Part shown: positions 25,861 to 38,899 of the stretch, in pieces
Layout of the letters: the number at the start of each line of letters is the position of its first letter
Numbering within the stretch: position 1 is the first letter of the stretch
Source: Octopus vulgaris
Taxonomy: Eukaryota
Reading direction: 5' to 3'
DNA: 64,000 nucleotides
Assembly (NCBI GenBank): GCA_951406725.2
Contig: OX597827.1
Location: 65,596,001-65,660,000, forward strand
Notes under the pieces: model-generated
What the model was told of the DNA's origin: nothing
Database searches by the model: none
The model's input: only the letters and a program-made list of their open reading frames with translations
Translations under genes and position numbers: made by a program

Positions 25861-26076
25861 ATGTATGTATTGTCAACAGATAAGATCCAGAGATTCTCGT
25901 TATAGAAAATACTGTGTAGCACTAAAGTGATTCCAACTCCTATGTCTTCTCCTCAGACCAAGTCTGCGGGGTAAAGTGCGGCTATAATATGAATCAAGGT
26001 GATAAGGCGGCGGCGGTTTGAGCGCTACGATGTGTTTCCTATAGCGATAATCTATGTATGTTTGTACATAAATACC

Positions 26077-26132
<56 letters not shown>

Positions 26133-26407
26133 GGTATTTATATATATATATATATATTTTGTGAAATAGAAAGATGAATAATCTTGTTGCAGATTAATCA
26201 AAAGTTTAACCGATACCTTGGTAGCAAAAATCCCAGCAGAAGACAGCGCGGTTGGAGGTACAACCATATGGAGGTACAACCATATGGTGTTGCAACCATG
26301 CGTTGGTGCGGATAATTGAATTTTAATATTATTAGTGAATTGAAGAAATGGAGTTGAACGAAGATTGAACAGAAATCGTTTTATTGCAATAAATTCTTCA
26401 ATTCACT

Positions 26408-26460
<53 letters not shown>

Positions 26461-26461
<1 letters not shown>

Positions 26462-26764
26462 AAGCACTCCGTCGCTTACGATGACGAGGGTTCCGGTTGA
26501 TCCGATCAACGGAACAGCCTGCTCGTGAAATTAACGTGTATGTGGCTGAGCACTCCACAGACACGTGTACCCTTAACGTAGTTCTCGGGGATATTCAGCG
26601 TGACACAGAAAGTGACAAGGCCGGCCCTTTGAAATACAGGTACAACAGAAACATGAAGTAAGAGTGGGAGAAAGTTGTGGTGAAAGAGTACAGCAGGGAT
26701 CACCACCATCCCTGCCGGAGCCTCGTGGAGCTTTAGGTGTTTTCGCTCAATAAACACTCACAAC
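26461..26764 (-). mobile_element. SINE family C, head-truncated, within (TA)n
   Basis: Homologous to 3817-4120. Confidence 0.88.
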
Positions 26765-26797
<33 letters not shown>

Positions 26798-26958
26798 TCT
26801 TTGCGGATCTATATCTAGCGTAAGAGCGTCCGCATTGTGTATTCTCTCATAGTTGTGTATTAATAATATTTACTGAATCTCAGTCTTTTATACGCTAGGC
26901 CACTGGTGTCTAAATTGATGTTATTAAATTAATATCCAATTGTTCACCCTCTTTTTGA

Positions 26959-27005
<47 letters not shown>

Positions 27006-27870
27006 GCACACACATACATATATAAGGATATGCAATAGAAACAATTGTCGTCTTCATAAGGTGACATGTATAATAAAGATATAATTTTCTCTTGAGAAAT
27101 TCTCTGTTATAGGAATACTCTGAATCCCTCGGAATTCTACAAATGGATATTTGGGATTTACTTACTATGCATAAGCATTTAGCTGGGAAATGGATTCTAC
27201 TTAGATATGATTGGTGAACATTTCTAACCAAATTCTTTTAATACTCAGTGTTTCTTGATATCTGCCAGGATTTCTTAACAGTTGACAATATATTGTCTGT
27301 TAACAATACATACGTTGATAGTCTGTGGGATGATTCAAATAATTAGTTATAAATATGTCGGTATATCAGCTATCAATATAAAGGTTCAGCAAGGAAATAT
27401 GCATATATATATATATATATATATTTAAATGCACCCTAACAAAATAAGATCCACTTATAGTTTCTTGTTTATATATGTATACATACACACAAAACACACA
27501 GAGAAACACACAGACACACAGAGACACACTCAGCATATACATACATATATATATATTGCCACCCCGCCTCGTTATGTCTTAGCTGTTTGTTTTCACTGTC
27601 CTGTTACCAACTTCGTTACCAGCTTTGACCCTCCGCAAATGCCAAATTCCATTATGCTTTTCGGGAGCAACTGTTTCTCAAAGACACATCTTGTCGTAAT
27701 TGCTCGCAATCTAGAGTAGATAAAACAACCGAGAAAAATTTTGAAGGGTTGTCCTTCGTGTTACTTGTCTTGTTTTCCATTTGTTGCTTTTGTTGTTCGC
27801 AAAAAATATTCGTGTTTCATATTTTCGTATTTCGTATTTCAGGTTGCTTAAGTTTTAGGACATCCTGTAC

Positions 27871-27946
<76 letters not shown>

Positions 27947-28147
27947 GAAAGTATATACATATATGTATGTAAATATGCATACATATATATATTATTTATA
28001 TTATATATTTAAATATATACTCTTATACATATATTTATTTATGTAAATGCATGTGTGTTTGTGTAATATGTGTAATTATAGCAGATATGTGTTCATACGG
28101 GCACACACACTCACGCACACACACACACACATACACACATCTATCTA

Positions 28148-28207
<60 letters not shown>

Positions 28208-28254
28208 CTTAGTTATATTTACTTATATATATATAGTTTTATATATATATATTT

Positions 28255-28299
<45 letters not shown>

Positions 28300-28781
28300 T
28301 ATACATATATACATATATACATACACACGAATCTGTGCACAAACATAAATACCAGCATGCATACACTCATACAAACACATACTCATACATACACACAGGG
28401 ACACACACACACGAACATACACACACACAAACGTACATTATTATGTTCGTGTGTTTAAATTTTAATTTAGCTCCAACAGCAATAAATCTGCAATTCTCCG
28501 TTGATGACGTACCATAATTACCAACTATTACTCTTCACCACACGAATTCTGTGGAGAAAATTAAAATTGGGAATACAAACAAAAGTTCATGTATAGGACT
28601 CCATGCTTTAGTGAAAATCAATACCTTTATCGCAATATAGTCACGTGATAATTATATGAATCATGATAGAATTAGTAATAATAATAATGGCGATGATGAC
28701 GATGATGATGATAATAAAATAATAATAATAATAATTAGGATAACAACAACAATAATAATAATAATAACAACAATAATGACG

Positions 28782-28824
<43 letters not shown>

Positions 28825-28910
28825 CAATAATAACAATAATAATAATAACAATAATAATAATAATAACAATAATAACAATAATAATAATAATAACAATAAT
28901 AATGATGATG

Positions 28911-28975
<65 letters not shown>

Positions 28976-29021
28976 AATAATAATCATGATAATGATGAGA
29001 ATAATAATCATAATAATGATG

Positions 29022-29083
<62 letters not shown>

Positions 29084-29461
29084 AATAATAATAATAATGA
29101 TATCAGCTTATCTACCACCAGTGTGTATGGACAATTTAAAATTAATACAGTGATTTCAAAAAAAAAAATATATATATATATACATTGTTATTACATTTCG
29201 GTTCCTGAATAGAAGACATGAGGTTGAATTAGAGGAAAATAATTAATTTTTATTTATTTATTTCATTTTATTTCAGCATCTTTATTGCTGGCGCCAAAAA
29301 TAGGATCCTTTTCTGATAAGTAATTCGATCTACATGTATAAATACACATATGCGTGTACCCATACATACGTACGTGCATATTTATAGGTGGATGTGTGGA
29401 TATATGTGCGTAGCTCTATATACATATATACATAATACATACATATATATAACACATACAT

Positions 29462-29494
<33 letters not shown>

Positions 29495-29531
29495 CACATA
29501 TATATATACTCTTCTTTCCATCCATACATCC

Positions 29532-29586
<55 letters not shown>

Positions 29587-29679
29587 AATCTATTTATTCA
29601 TTTATATAGTTATATCTCTCTCACTCTCTCTCTAACATATATATATATATATATATATATAAATATGTATCGCTAGCCT

Positions 29680-29850
29680 CTATACAATCTTTATTTTCTC
29701 TCCCTGTTTCTTTCTGTGTTCCTTTCTGTGGAACAGCGTAGGCTCAAAATGTTAACGACTTTTCACTTCTCGAGCGTTAAACTAATACATCTGTTTGTTG
29801 TCTACACCACTTGTCTTCATCTTTTGTCTTTTTTTGTGAATTTTCCCCAT
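29680..29850 (+). mobile_element. Penelope-type terminal repeat remnant ending at (TA)n, hammerhead eroded
   Basis: Homologous to 44960-45125 (cctttct.t.gaa.agcgta.gctc.aaa.gt...gagcgt.aaactaa.acat.tgtttgttgtc). Confidence 0.55.
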
Positions 29851-29899
29851 ATATATATATATATATATAGATATATATATATATATATATGTATGTATA

Positions 29900-29945
<46 letters not shown>

Positions 29946-30690
29946 CCTACATATATGCATGTGTTTTCGTAGAATGCATACACGTAGTGGAATTTGTGCA
30001 TTATGAGTCTGTTTTGTAGCACTGCACTTTAATGCTGGGCACAAAAGAGTGCTTATAATATATTAAGTAGAATAAGTCGAATTGTAACAGGCGACATAAT
30101 TGAATAACAAATGGCTTACTTCACGGGAAATTTGTTATTAAATATTCATTTCCGAAGATAAAAATAATTGACTTGCGGTACTGATATATCGTAAAGTATA
30201 TATAACCTATGTGTGGACTGAGAATTCTCCATGAAATGTCACACTCTCAATTTATGATGAAGTGTACGTTGGATGTGATGTGTCCTACATCATTTATCCT
30301 AATGTGTTACCTTGCCAGCTTCCTTTAAGTTCAGAATAGAATATCATCTATTTCTTCATTCAAAGTTTGGTGAAATTAATTCTTTGGCGCATGCTACTAT
30401 CTAGTTTATCGTTTATTCACCTATTTCAATATACGTGACTGTGGAAATTTCATAAATACGTCAAGATCAAAATTGAATTTTATTTTGAAAGGAACAATAG
30501 AAAATGTACCGTTTAAATAATTTAGTGTTTATACTGGTGCTTGCGAACTCTGTGTTTAACGCCGAGCGAAATGGTACACGGAAGCTGTTTTGGCGACGGT
30601 ACGTTTTAGCAACCGATTCAAATGCGCGCGTTACGGAGCAGAGAAATGCACACATACAGATAGAGCAATTGAGAGAGGTAGAAGGAGAGA

Positions 30691-30765
30691 AAGAGAGAGG
30701 GAGGCAAGGAGCGATGGAGGGAGAGAAAGGGAGGCAAGGAGCGATGGAGGGAGAGAAAGGGAGAG
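30691..30765 (+). repeat. 30-bp tandem repeat, ~2.5 copies
   Basis: gagagaaagggaggcaaggagcgatggagg repeated. Confidence 0.9.
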
Positions 30766-32120
30766 GGAAAGAGGAAGGTATCAAAATTTATTTGCTGAAC
30801 ACGATTGACGTAAGTACTTTTTCTCTCCTCAAAGAAGGAAATGAAAATATGTTCACTTATATACAAACATAGACAGGGGAAGAATGAGAGAAACATTAGA
30901 AAGTCTGACGTCAAGGAAGTCAGCGCAATCTCAACGATTCTAAATATGCAGCGCCACAAGAGCCACGCCCAAACATCTCATGTCCATCAATTGAGTTATT
31001 CATATATCGAAATTAATTTACGGGTAATTTTTTTTTAATACAAAACTGTATTAATACCAAACTATGAATCAGAGTTATAACAAAACGAGCAATATGCAGG
31101 AAAATAAACTGCTAAAATAAATCGATTTCTAACGGTTATAAAAATGTCAGTTTTGTAGCTCTATTTTTTCAGTTACCTGTAGTACATGGGTCCATTATAT
31201 TAAGTTGTCAAAACCGAGATTCATTTTAAGTATATTCAATTTACTTCTGAAACGATTATACTGCATATAATGACACATATGAAAAGATTTCCTTAAAAGC
31301 ATATTTAGCGAATTTCATTATGCAAAATATAGAAAAATAAACAGCATAGCTTTCATTCCCACAGGAAACTGAGAAATTGACAATCAATTATGTGAATAGC
31401 TTTAAAATTAGCACGTTTTGATTCGCTGCTAAAAAAAGTAAAGCCTTCTTTGTTTCAGTATGAAATATGTCCTTTAAGATAGATTTCATTAAATTATATT
31501 ATTTGTATGTTGTAATAGCGCAGTAAACGTTTTCTTCATGAGATAATCACATATGGTACGGACTTTGAAATGACAAGGAACAGAATAAAAATTAGAAAAA
31601 AAAAAAGGAGTATTTAAGCATCTCACTTTAAACCAAATTGTTTCCGTTTATATATTTTATAAAACTCTTGCTTATGAATACAATTATTGTAATAGTTGTC
31701 TCAGAAAAGCCAACGCGAAGATATGCGTGTGTATGTATGCAGGGGGACATTTTATTACAAGGAATTCTCAATATATCGCTATAAAAATATGGCTGTCCAC
31801 ATATCTTTGCTTTTACCAACTTCCATGCATCAATACAGATATACAATTAAATATGTATATGTATATATATATATATACAGAGTTATATACACGTACACAC
31901 TAACAGACACACGCATATATAATACCAAACATCCAAACATAACAGGTGATATAATTAATCGTTTCCCTTTATTCTCCGCTAAACTATTGAATAAGAAGTT
32001 ATGTAAATTGTATTGTTCATATCTGATCTGTCTCATCTTTGCACGCGCACACACATATTAGCACAGACACATATTTCGTACATAAACAGGCAGATATATA
32101 TCTATATTTATATCTAGCTG

Positions 32121-32282
<162 letters not shown>

Positions 32283-33002
32283 TATCAGTTAAAAAATACG
32301 GAAATCGATTTAATCAAGAATAAATTTCCTTGGATTTAATTGTGTAGGGGGCGTAACCACTTCATCAGTGTAAGCAACATCACGGAATTTTTTTTCGCTC
32401 ACTCGCCATAGATATTCAAAATTCAAGAATGATGAAATCTATACCAAACGATTATTACGAAACCCAGAGTCGATATTATTTCAAGAAATATTAAATGATG
32501 TATGTATAATGGAATCAGAAATACATTTAGTAGCGGTGGTATAACCGCGAATCTCTCGTAAGTTGTTTATCATATGAATTTGATAATTATAGGAAGCCAT
32601 AAGGCTGTCGAAGACAAACTATATAGAACGTACTGTGATTTCTTAAGCTGTCGTATATTCCTATCTTCTAGAAATTACAGATGTTAATAAATACTTTTAA
32701 TTAGTCTTTGTTTGATAGACAACAAATGTTAACAATCAATACTGACGCTTTATCTGTTTCAGTTCTACACACATTGCATTTGTGTTATAATGAGATTTTC
32801 ATACGTTCATGCTCTTATTTAATAACTATAGACAACTTCAGTGACTCATGTAAGCCTCTATTTGATAGCATTTTGTTTAATATATATTTTATGTATAATA
32901 CATCTTTTGCACAACGACAAATATTTGTGCTCATAGCATTATGACCTAAGAACCGTGATGAAGTTTGGAACGTTCTTGTTTATATGATATTCTAAAAAAA
33001 TG

Positions 33003-33352
33003 TTTATATATAAAAGTGAAGTTGTGTGTCTGTCTCCTACGATTTAGATTCCTAACTACTCCCGAATTTTGTGGTGCAGTTTAACCAAAACCGGGTATCT
33101 TATAGTCGTGATTCATATCGAGCCCTTCTGGGTATTAGCGCGCGTCTACGATGAGTCTACGATTTAAAAAAAAATTACCATAATTTTTTCCATTTTAATG
33201 CATTTTTTCGCTATTATATAAGGGAAGTAACTCTCTAAAAATGTCTACGATGAGTCAACGATTTAAAAAAAAAATTACCATCACTTTTTTACCATTTTTA
33301 ATATATAGTTATTTCCCTTACAAACCCGAGCAACGGCGGGCGATACTGCTAG
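33003..33352 (+). mobile_element. Non-autonomous Helitron-like element
   Basis: 5' t.tatatataaaa..gttgtgtgtctgtc; 3' GC-rich imperfect hairpin cccgagcaacggcggg ~8 nt before terminal CTAG|T (33349-33353); internal duplication gtctacgatgagtc.acgatttaaaaaaaaa.ttaccat. Confidence 0.75.
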
Positions 33353-33449
33353 TATATATATAAACGTGCTGTGTTTCTGCGCACATCAACATCTAAGTAT
33401 CTACAAAGGTATAGACAAATAAACGGGACCCTCAAGGAAAAAAAAAAGT

Positions 33450-33690
33450 GAAAGGTTCACAGGTCGTCCCGGACCGATAGGTTCATAAGTGCTGGATTCT
33501 GTGTCATATTGGACGAGATACTGAACCGTCCTAGGATTACTCATTCTTGTGACAGCTTAGCGGACAGGACCAACATGAAATAAAGTGTTTCGGTCATGAA
33601 CCCAAAATATCACCCGACTTAGGAATCAAAACCACAATCCTACGATCGATTGCCTGACCCTCTAACAACTAACTGATGCGCTTCCACAAT
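33450..33690 (-). mobile_element. Degenerate SINE family D
   Basis: Minus head tgtggaagcgcatcagttagttgttag...gtggttttgattcc and body similar to 55714-55900. Confidence 0.55.
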
Positions 33691-33777
33691 GGATCCGCAC
33701 TTAAATATTCGTGTGTTTGTTCGTGAGTGTTTAGCGTGTGTATAAATGCATGTTATGTATGTTTGTATGAATATATA

Positions 33778-34174
33778 GGCGCAGGAGTGGCTGTGTGGCA
33801 AGTAGCTTGTTTACCAACCACATGGTTCCGGGTTCAGTCCCACTGAGTGGCACCTAGGGCAAGTGTCTTCTACTATAGCCTCGGGCCGACCAAAGCCTTG
33901 TGAGTGGATTTGGTAGACGGAAACTGAAAGAAGCCTGTCGTATATATGTATATATATGTATGTGCGTGTATGTTTGGGTGTCTGTGTTTGTCTCCCTAGC
34001 ATTGCTTGACAACTTATGCTGGTGTGTTTACGTCCCCGTAACTTAACGGTTCGGCAAAAGAGACCGATAGAATAAGTACTGGGCTTACAAAGAATAAGTC
34101 CCGGGATCGATTTGCTCGACTAAAGGCGGTGCTCCAGCATGGCCGCAGTCAAATGACTGAAACAAGTAAAAGAG
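33778..34174 (+). mobile_element. SINE family B, full length
   Basis: ggcgcaggagtggctgtgtgg (A box), gggttcagtccc (B box), ctagggcaagtgtc CORE-like block, internal (TA/TG)n, tail ggtgctccagcatggccgcagtcaaatgactgaaacaagtaaaaga. Confidence 0.92.
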
Positions 34175-34287
34175 ATATGTATCTCTCTCACTCTATATGT
34201 ATAATATCTATGTATATTATATGTAACACATGGTATATTTATAAATTAGGCACATTTTAGCCACTTCTGCGCAGACTGAAAGAAATG

Positions 34288-34340
34288 ACGAACATCCTTA
34301 ATCGCTTTTCGAACCTTATTGGGTTCTCATCAGAGGCGTC
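34288..34340 (-). ncRNA. Minimal type I hammerhead ribozyme motif, core intact
   Basis: Minus: gacgcct-CTGATGA-GAACC-caataa-GGTTC-GAAA-A-gcga-T-TA-aggatgtt. All core nucleotides present; stem II 5 bp; stem I pairs with one bulge. Confidence 0.7.
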
Positions 34341-34525
34341 TACATCATTCTGGCAGTCTCCAGAGAAACAATCAGCCAAACTGTTTATATACTCAACTAA
34401 TGCAGCAGTTACTCTATGAAAGAGAGCCTAATTTGCATACCGAAAGTGTTTAACATTATAATTACCAGTGGCCTGTCAACGAGGAGCTTAGTCCACATAG
34501 TATGAAGGTTTAGTATAATATATTC

Positions 34526-34604
<79 letters not shown>

Positions 34605-34751
34605 GTTGACAAAGTGAAGAAGGATCTCATCGATATGGAACTGAGTTACGTGGAGGTATGTTACAGTAATGTGTTGTTATATTTGTGTGTGTGTGAGAGA
34701 GTGTGTGTGTGTGTTTGTGAGTGTGTGTGTGTGTGTGTGTGTGTGAATACC

Positions 34752-34977
34752 TATTTCTTTATTACCCACAAGGGGCTAAACATAGAAGGGACAAACAAGG
34801 ACAGACATAGGTATTAAGTCAATTACATCGACCCCAGTGCGTAACTGGTACTTAATTTATCGACCCCGAAAGGATGAAAGGTAAAGTCGACCTCGGCGGA
34901 ATTTGAACTCACAACGTAACGGCAGACGAAATACCGCTAAGCATTTCGCCCGATGTGCTAACGTTTTCTACCAGCTC
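34752..34977 (-). mobile_element. SINE family A with 14-bp TSD
   Basis: Reverse complement of the family A consensus; tgtgtgtgaatacc at 34738-34751 and 34978-34991. Confidence 0.9.
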
Positions 34978-35777
34978 TGTGTGTGAATACCGCCGTCAAA
35001 CAAATCATACAGGGGACATTTGGTTCTCTAAAAGGATTGTATTGGCATCCTTTCTCTCTCGGGAGACAATGGAGTTGCGCTTTTTTTTTTTTTTTTTTTT
35101 TTTACCTTATTGCATCGGCATTTATCCCCGCTGGTTGGAGCAACCGGAACTTAAGGGGCGCTTAGTCATTTCGGAATGAACGTGCGAAATTCAAGCAGTG
35201 GCATTCTTATGTACGGAATAAAGAGAAACATAAGTACAATATAATAGCCTATTTTTACCAAGACACGTACAAACTGAAGAAGTATGTCACCAATCTAAGA
35301 TATGAACAAATTTCTATATGCGCATCAGATAGAGTTGTTCTTTTTTTTTTTTACCCCATTTGCCTCCGTGCAATGGCGTTGTATCTAGTAATTATTCATA
35401 CGAGGGTTTGAAATTAACCGGAAATATATACTGATCGATTAATAGCTGTCTGGAAGTTTCATAACCGATTATTAACCAGCTAATCGTTTTTATTACGAAA
35501 CTAATAATTATATGTCGTAAAGGAAGAAAAAAGAAAGAGAAAACTTACTTTTCAATAGTTTTCTCTCTGGAAAAGAAAACGTATTTATGATTTGTTTTGG
35601 AAATAACTATGTATACATCAACGAAGAAGATGTTCGTCAGTTGAACAAAACAGGAAATATTCTGTTGAATAATTTAGCTACTCAAAAGTTTCAGTTATCG
35701 CCTTCCTTTCTAAAGACTTCAGTGTACGATGCAATGGTGTCTATTAATAAATATCTATGGGGCAAGAAAAGCAGAGG

Positions 35778-35810
<33 letters not shown>

Positions 35811-35854
35811 GTATATATATATACATATGTATATATATATATATATATATGTAC

Positions 35855-35920
<66 letters not shown>

Positions 35921-35944
35921 CGAGATAGATAGATATGTACGTAA

Positions 35945-35986
<42 letters not shown>

Positions 35987-36102
35987 GGTTAAGTAATTGA
36001 GATTCTAGTGAATTCTAAAGAATTCACATGAATATGGTCCTTAACTAGGATGCACCGGATATCTGTATGGTGTTAGCCATACGACAAGTGGGGTGATTAT
36101 AA

Positions 36103-36408
36103 ATAGGAAAAAAGCAACAAGAATGGATTAAAATCTCGGTACGATCGTTTCGTACGAGGACATCTTTAATAAGCTACAAAAAATGCAGTGAATACAGATG
36201 GCTCGTACTCGGTTTGAAATTCAATGCAGTTAATCCTACAACCTCTTTTGTATCTACCCCTTTTGATGTTTGGGAATTCTCTGATATTTTTTCGGCTGAC
36301 GAGTACGAGCCATCTGTATTCACTGCATTTTTTGTAGCTTATTAAAGATGTCCTCGTACGAAACGATCGTACCGAGATTTTAATCCATTATTGTTGCTTT
36401 TTTCCTAT
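36103..36408. repeat. 109-bp near-perfect inverted repeat (arms 36103-36211 and 36300-36408), Penelope-type terminus at (TA)n
   Basis: Arms are reverse complements with a single mismatch seen (caagaatgg vs ccattattg); spacer 88 bp. Confidence 0.95.
36290..36377 (+). ncRNA. Intact type I hammerhead ribozyme
   Basis: tttcgg-CTGACGA-GTACGAG...CTCGTAC-GAAA-C-gatc-G-TA-ccgaga. Stem I 6 bp, stem II 7+5 bp, palindromic stem III ACGATCGT, GUA triplet at 36369-36371. Confidence 0.88.
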
Positions 36409-36515
36409 ATATATATATATGTATATATGTATACATGTATGTGTTTATATATGTGTGTATATATGTATGTATATACATATACATACATACATACATACAT
36501 ACATACATACATACA

Positions 36516-36597
<82 letters not shown>

Positions 36598-37479
36598 TAT
36601 ATATCGGCATGTATGTATCATTAAGGCATATATTTCTGTCGAATTGCCACGAAAGCAATAAGAGCGACAACTCATGAATGAATGTTTCTTGTTTCACTTT
36701 GCTTGTCGATGTAATTATAAACCGATGCTAATAAAATGATATATTTCCTTCCAATGAAAAATGCTTCGATATCGTAAATAGTGTTAATAAAAGTACAGAC
36801 AATTATTTTATTGCATACTTGTGCGTTAGAGAGGCACATCTCAACGTCATGAAAAGTTTCATGAGAACAAGTTTAATGTAGTCTTGGAAAGTACCCATTG
36901 TAATAACACATTTTTGCGTATAATACCTTAATAAACACAGGCAATTGTGCAACAGCAGACGTTAAAACTTCAAGGATAGTATACTTCCACATATGAACTC
37001 ATTACTGTATAACTAACACCGCAATCAAGCACCAACGTAACATCAAGTGGAAAAAGCCATTAATAATATATTCTTCCCTTAGTCAAGTGCAAATGCTAAT
37101 AAATGAAAACAATGACATCAGATATGTCTAAATTTTATATTATTTGTGCCTACGCCTACTTTAGCAGATTTGTTTAGCAGTTTTTGTTCTTCTCTAATCA
37201 TGCGTATATTTTAGACAAACCTGAATTTTTCAGTAAATATTAAACGCTTTTAGCTGAACATTTCAAATGCGTGTGTTAATCAAAAAATGTAAGTTATTTA
37301 GCTTCATTCACCATCGAGGTCTGTTTAGAATTTACGCAAAAGAATATCCTTGACATAATAAAAAAAAAGCCACATACTATTTTATCTTGTTAGTACAATA
37401 TTGGCACAGGAAATATTTGGCTTACAAATTTGGCTTATAAAATGGGTAAAGAGTTCTGTTTTCTCAATTGAAAACATAA

Positions 37480-38600
37480 ACTGAACCAAAAAAGAAACGT
37501 CGCACGCATTCTATATAGAAACTGTTTTATTAACAGACTGCCATAGTATTGATTGAAGTGTGCTAATTAAGAAAACATTCTTTTCTTATGATAAAACATA
37601 ATTTTCTGAAATATGTTTGACGTTGCATGGTGTCACGTGAGGACGGATTGTCCTGGATCCAAAGGGATGAACTCAATTTTCCATGTGGCTACCGTTAGCA
37701 TTGGTTACCGCCAGGCATCTTTTGTACATTGAATGCACCAAATGACAAATGAATGAATGCGGTGGGGATAGTAACCCTCACTCTGTTAAAATTGGATCAT
37801 GTGCTTTTGGAGGAAGTCTGTAGTGAGCTTGGCAGTATAAGTACGGGCGTTGTCGTGTTGGAACACGTGATTCCGATAACTTGCAAAGTATGACATAATG
37901 TGAGGCCTCAAAACTTGGTCGTTCTAGCGAGCAGCAGTTACTCCATTGCTCCAACCTTGGGCGATGGTTTGGAAGACCACCAGCCCACGTTTCTGGCTGA
38001 GAGCAATCCCGCACCATATCATGAAGCTCTGTCTTCTCCATGTGTGTTTCTCCCCCACTCACCCACCTGCATGGCATTCACCCCTACTTCTGCAAACTCT
38101 AACTGTGCCGTCTGCCAGAGAAATTCAGAATCGACTTTTGTCAGAGAGTACTACAGTCCTCTACTGCTGATATTTCCAATTATGACGTTTTTGAGCTCAT
38201 TGCGGATGTACCCTTCGACGGCGATCTATGAGGACGGGGCCTCTAGATAGACGTTGACAAGGCAGATTGAAGGATCTCAGCCGGCGGTGAACTGTCTCTA
38301 CCCCAATGGGTTCGTAGTGAGCCATTATGGTCTACCTAGCTGAGTCTGTTGCCCTCCTGAATCGGACCCGCAAGGGCTGTCGGTGCAGATCGCGATCTTG
38401 ATGTAACTCGGTCAGCCACTGCGTGGACGATCATGGTGTTTGTGGAATTGTATCACTCCCTGCAATTCAAGTCATTAACAATGAACCATGGACGTTGACT
38501 AACATGGAGACGGCCGATGGCTTGCTACCTCTGATTTCATATCAGCCTTGGCATGTTTTCTGCATTCGGGAAAGGAATGACAGGCTGATAAATTTGGGTG
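37480..38600 (-). mobile_element. Degenerate Tc1-family transposon
   Basis: Minus translation from ATG at 38554: MPRL..QR..AIGRL, RSG.PR, ETVHRRLRSFNL, VVLSDKSRF, MIWCGI, FQHDNART..AKLTTDFL, RCLAVTNANGSH. End-like aaaaaagaaacg near 37488. Many stops. Confidence 0.85.
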
Positions 38601-38899
38601 CTTTGTATGCCCAATGTATCAACGTTTTGCACGTGCATCATTCTTTTCATACAGATGCCTTGGTGAGCATTATCATGTTTACGAAAAGCGAGCGAACCAT
38701 ACACTTGTGATTTTAAAAAGAGAGTAGTTTTGTGGTCAGTGACATCTTTCTGGTGTCAAATTACTTAGAAATGTGATAAAACCCGTATAGTCTCAATATC
38801 CTGTGTGAAACAAATAATCTTTTACAATGCGACATTTGTTTTATAGTTCAGTATAAATAATTTATTCGATAACTTCACGAGAAAGGTTGTATAGGAATT

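Noticed and set aside
27020-27400. Possible Penelope ORF remnant between (TA)n tracts
   Set aside because: Translation gave no clear PLE motif.
28656-29153. 165-aa poly-Ile ORF
   Set aside because: (AAT)n microsatellite.
30504-30872. 122-aa ORF with signal-peptide-like start and RR/KR sites (neuropeptide-like)
   Set aside because: The C-terminal half comes from a GA-rich 30-bp tandem repeat and no recognisable peptide motif is present; unsupported without transcript data.
32300-32375. CTGATGA on minus strand near (TA)n, possible hammerhead
   Set aside because: No pairing stem II or stem I around the downstream GAAA; too eroded to call.
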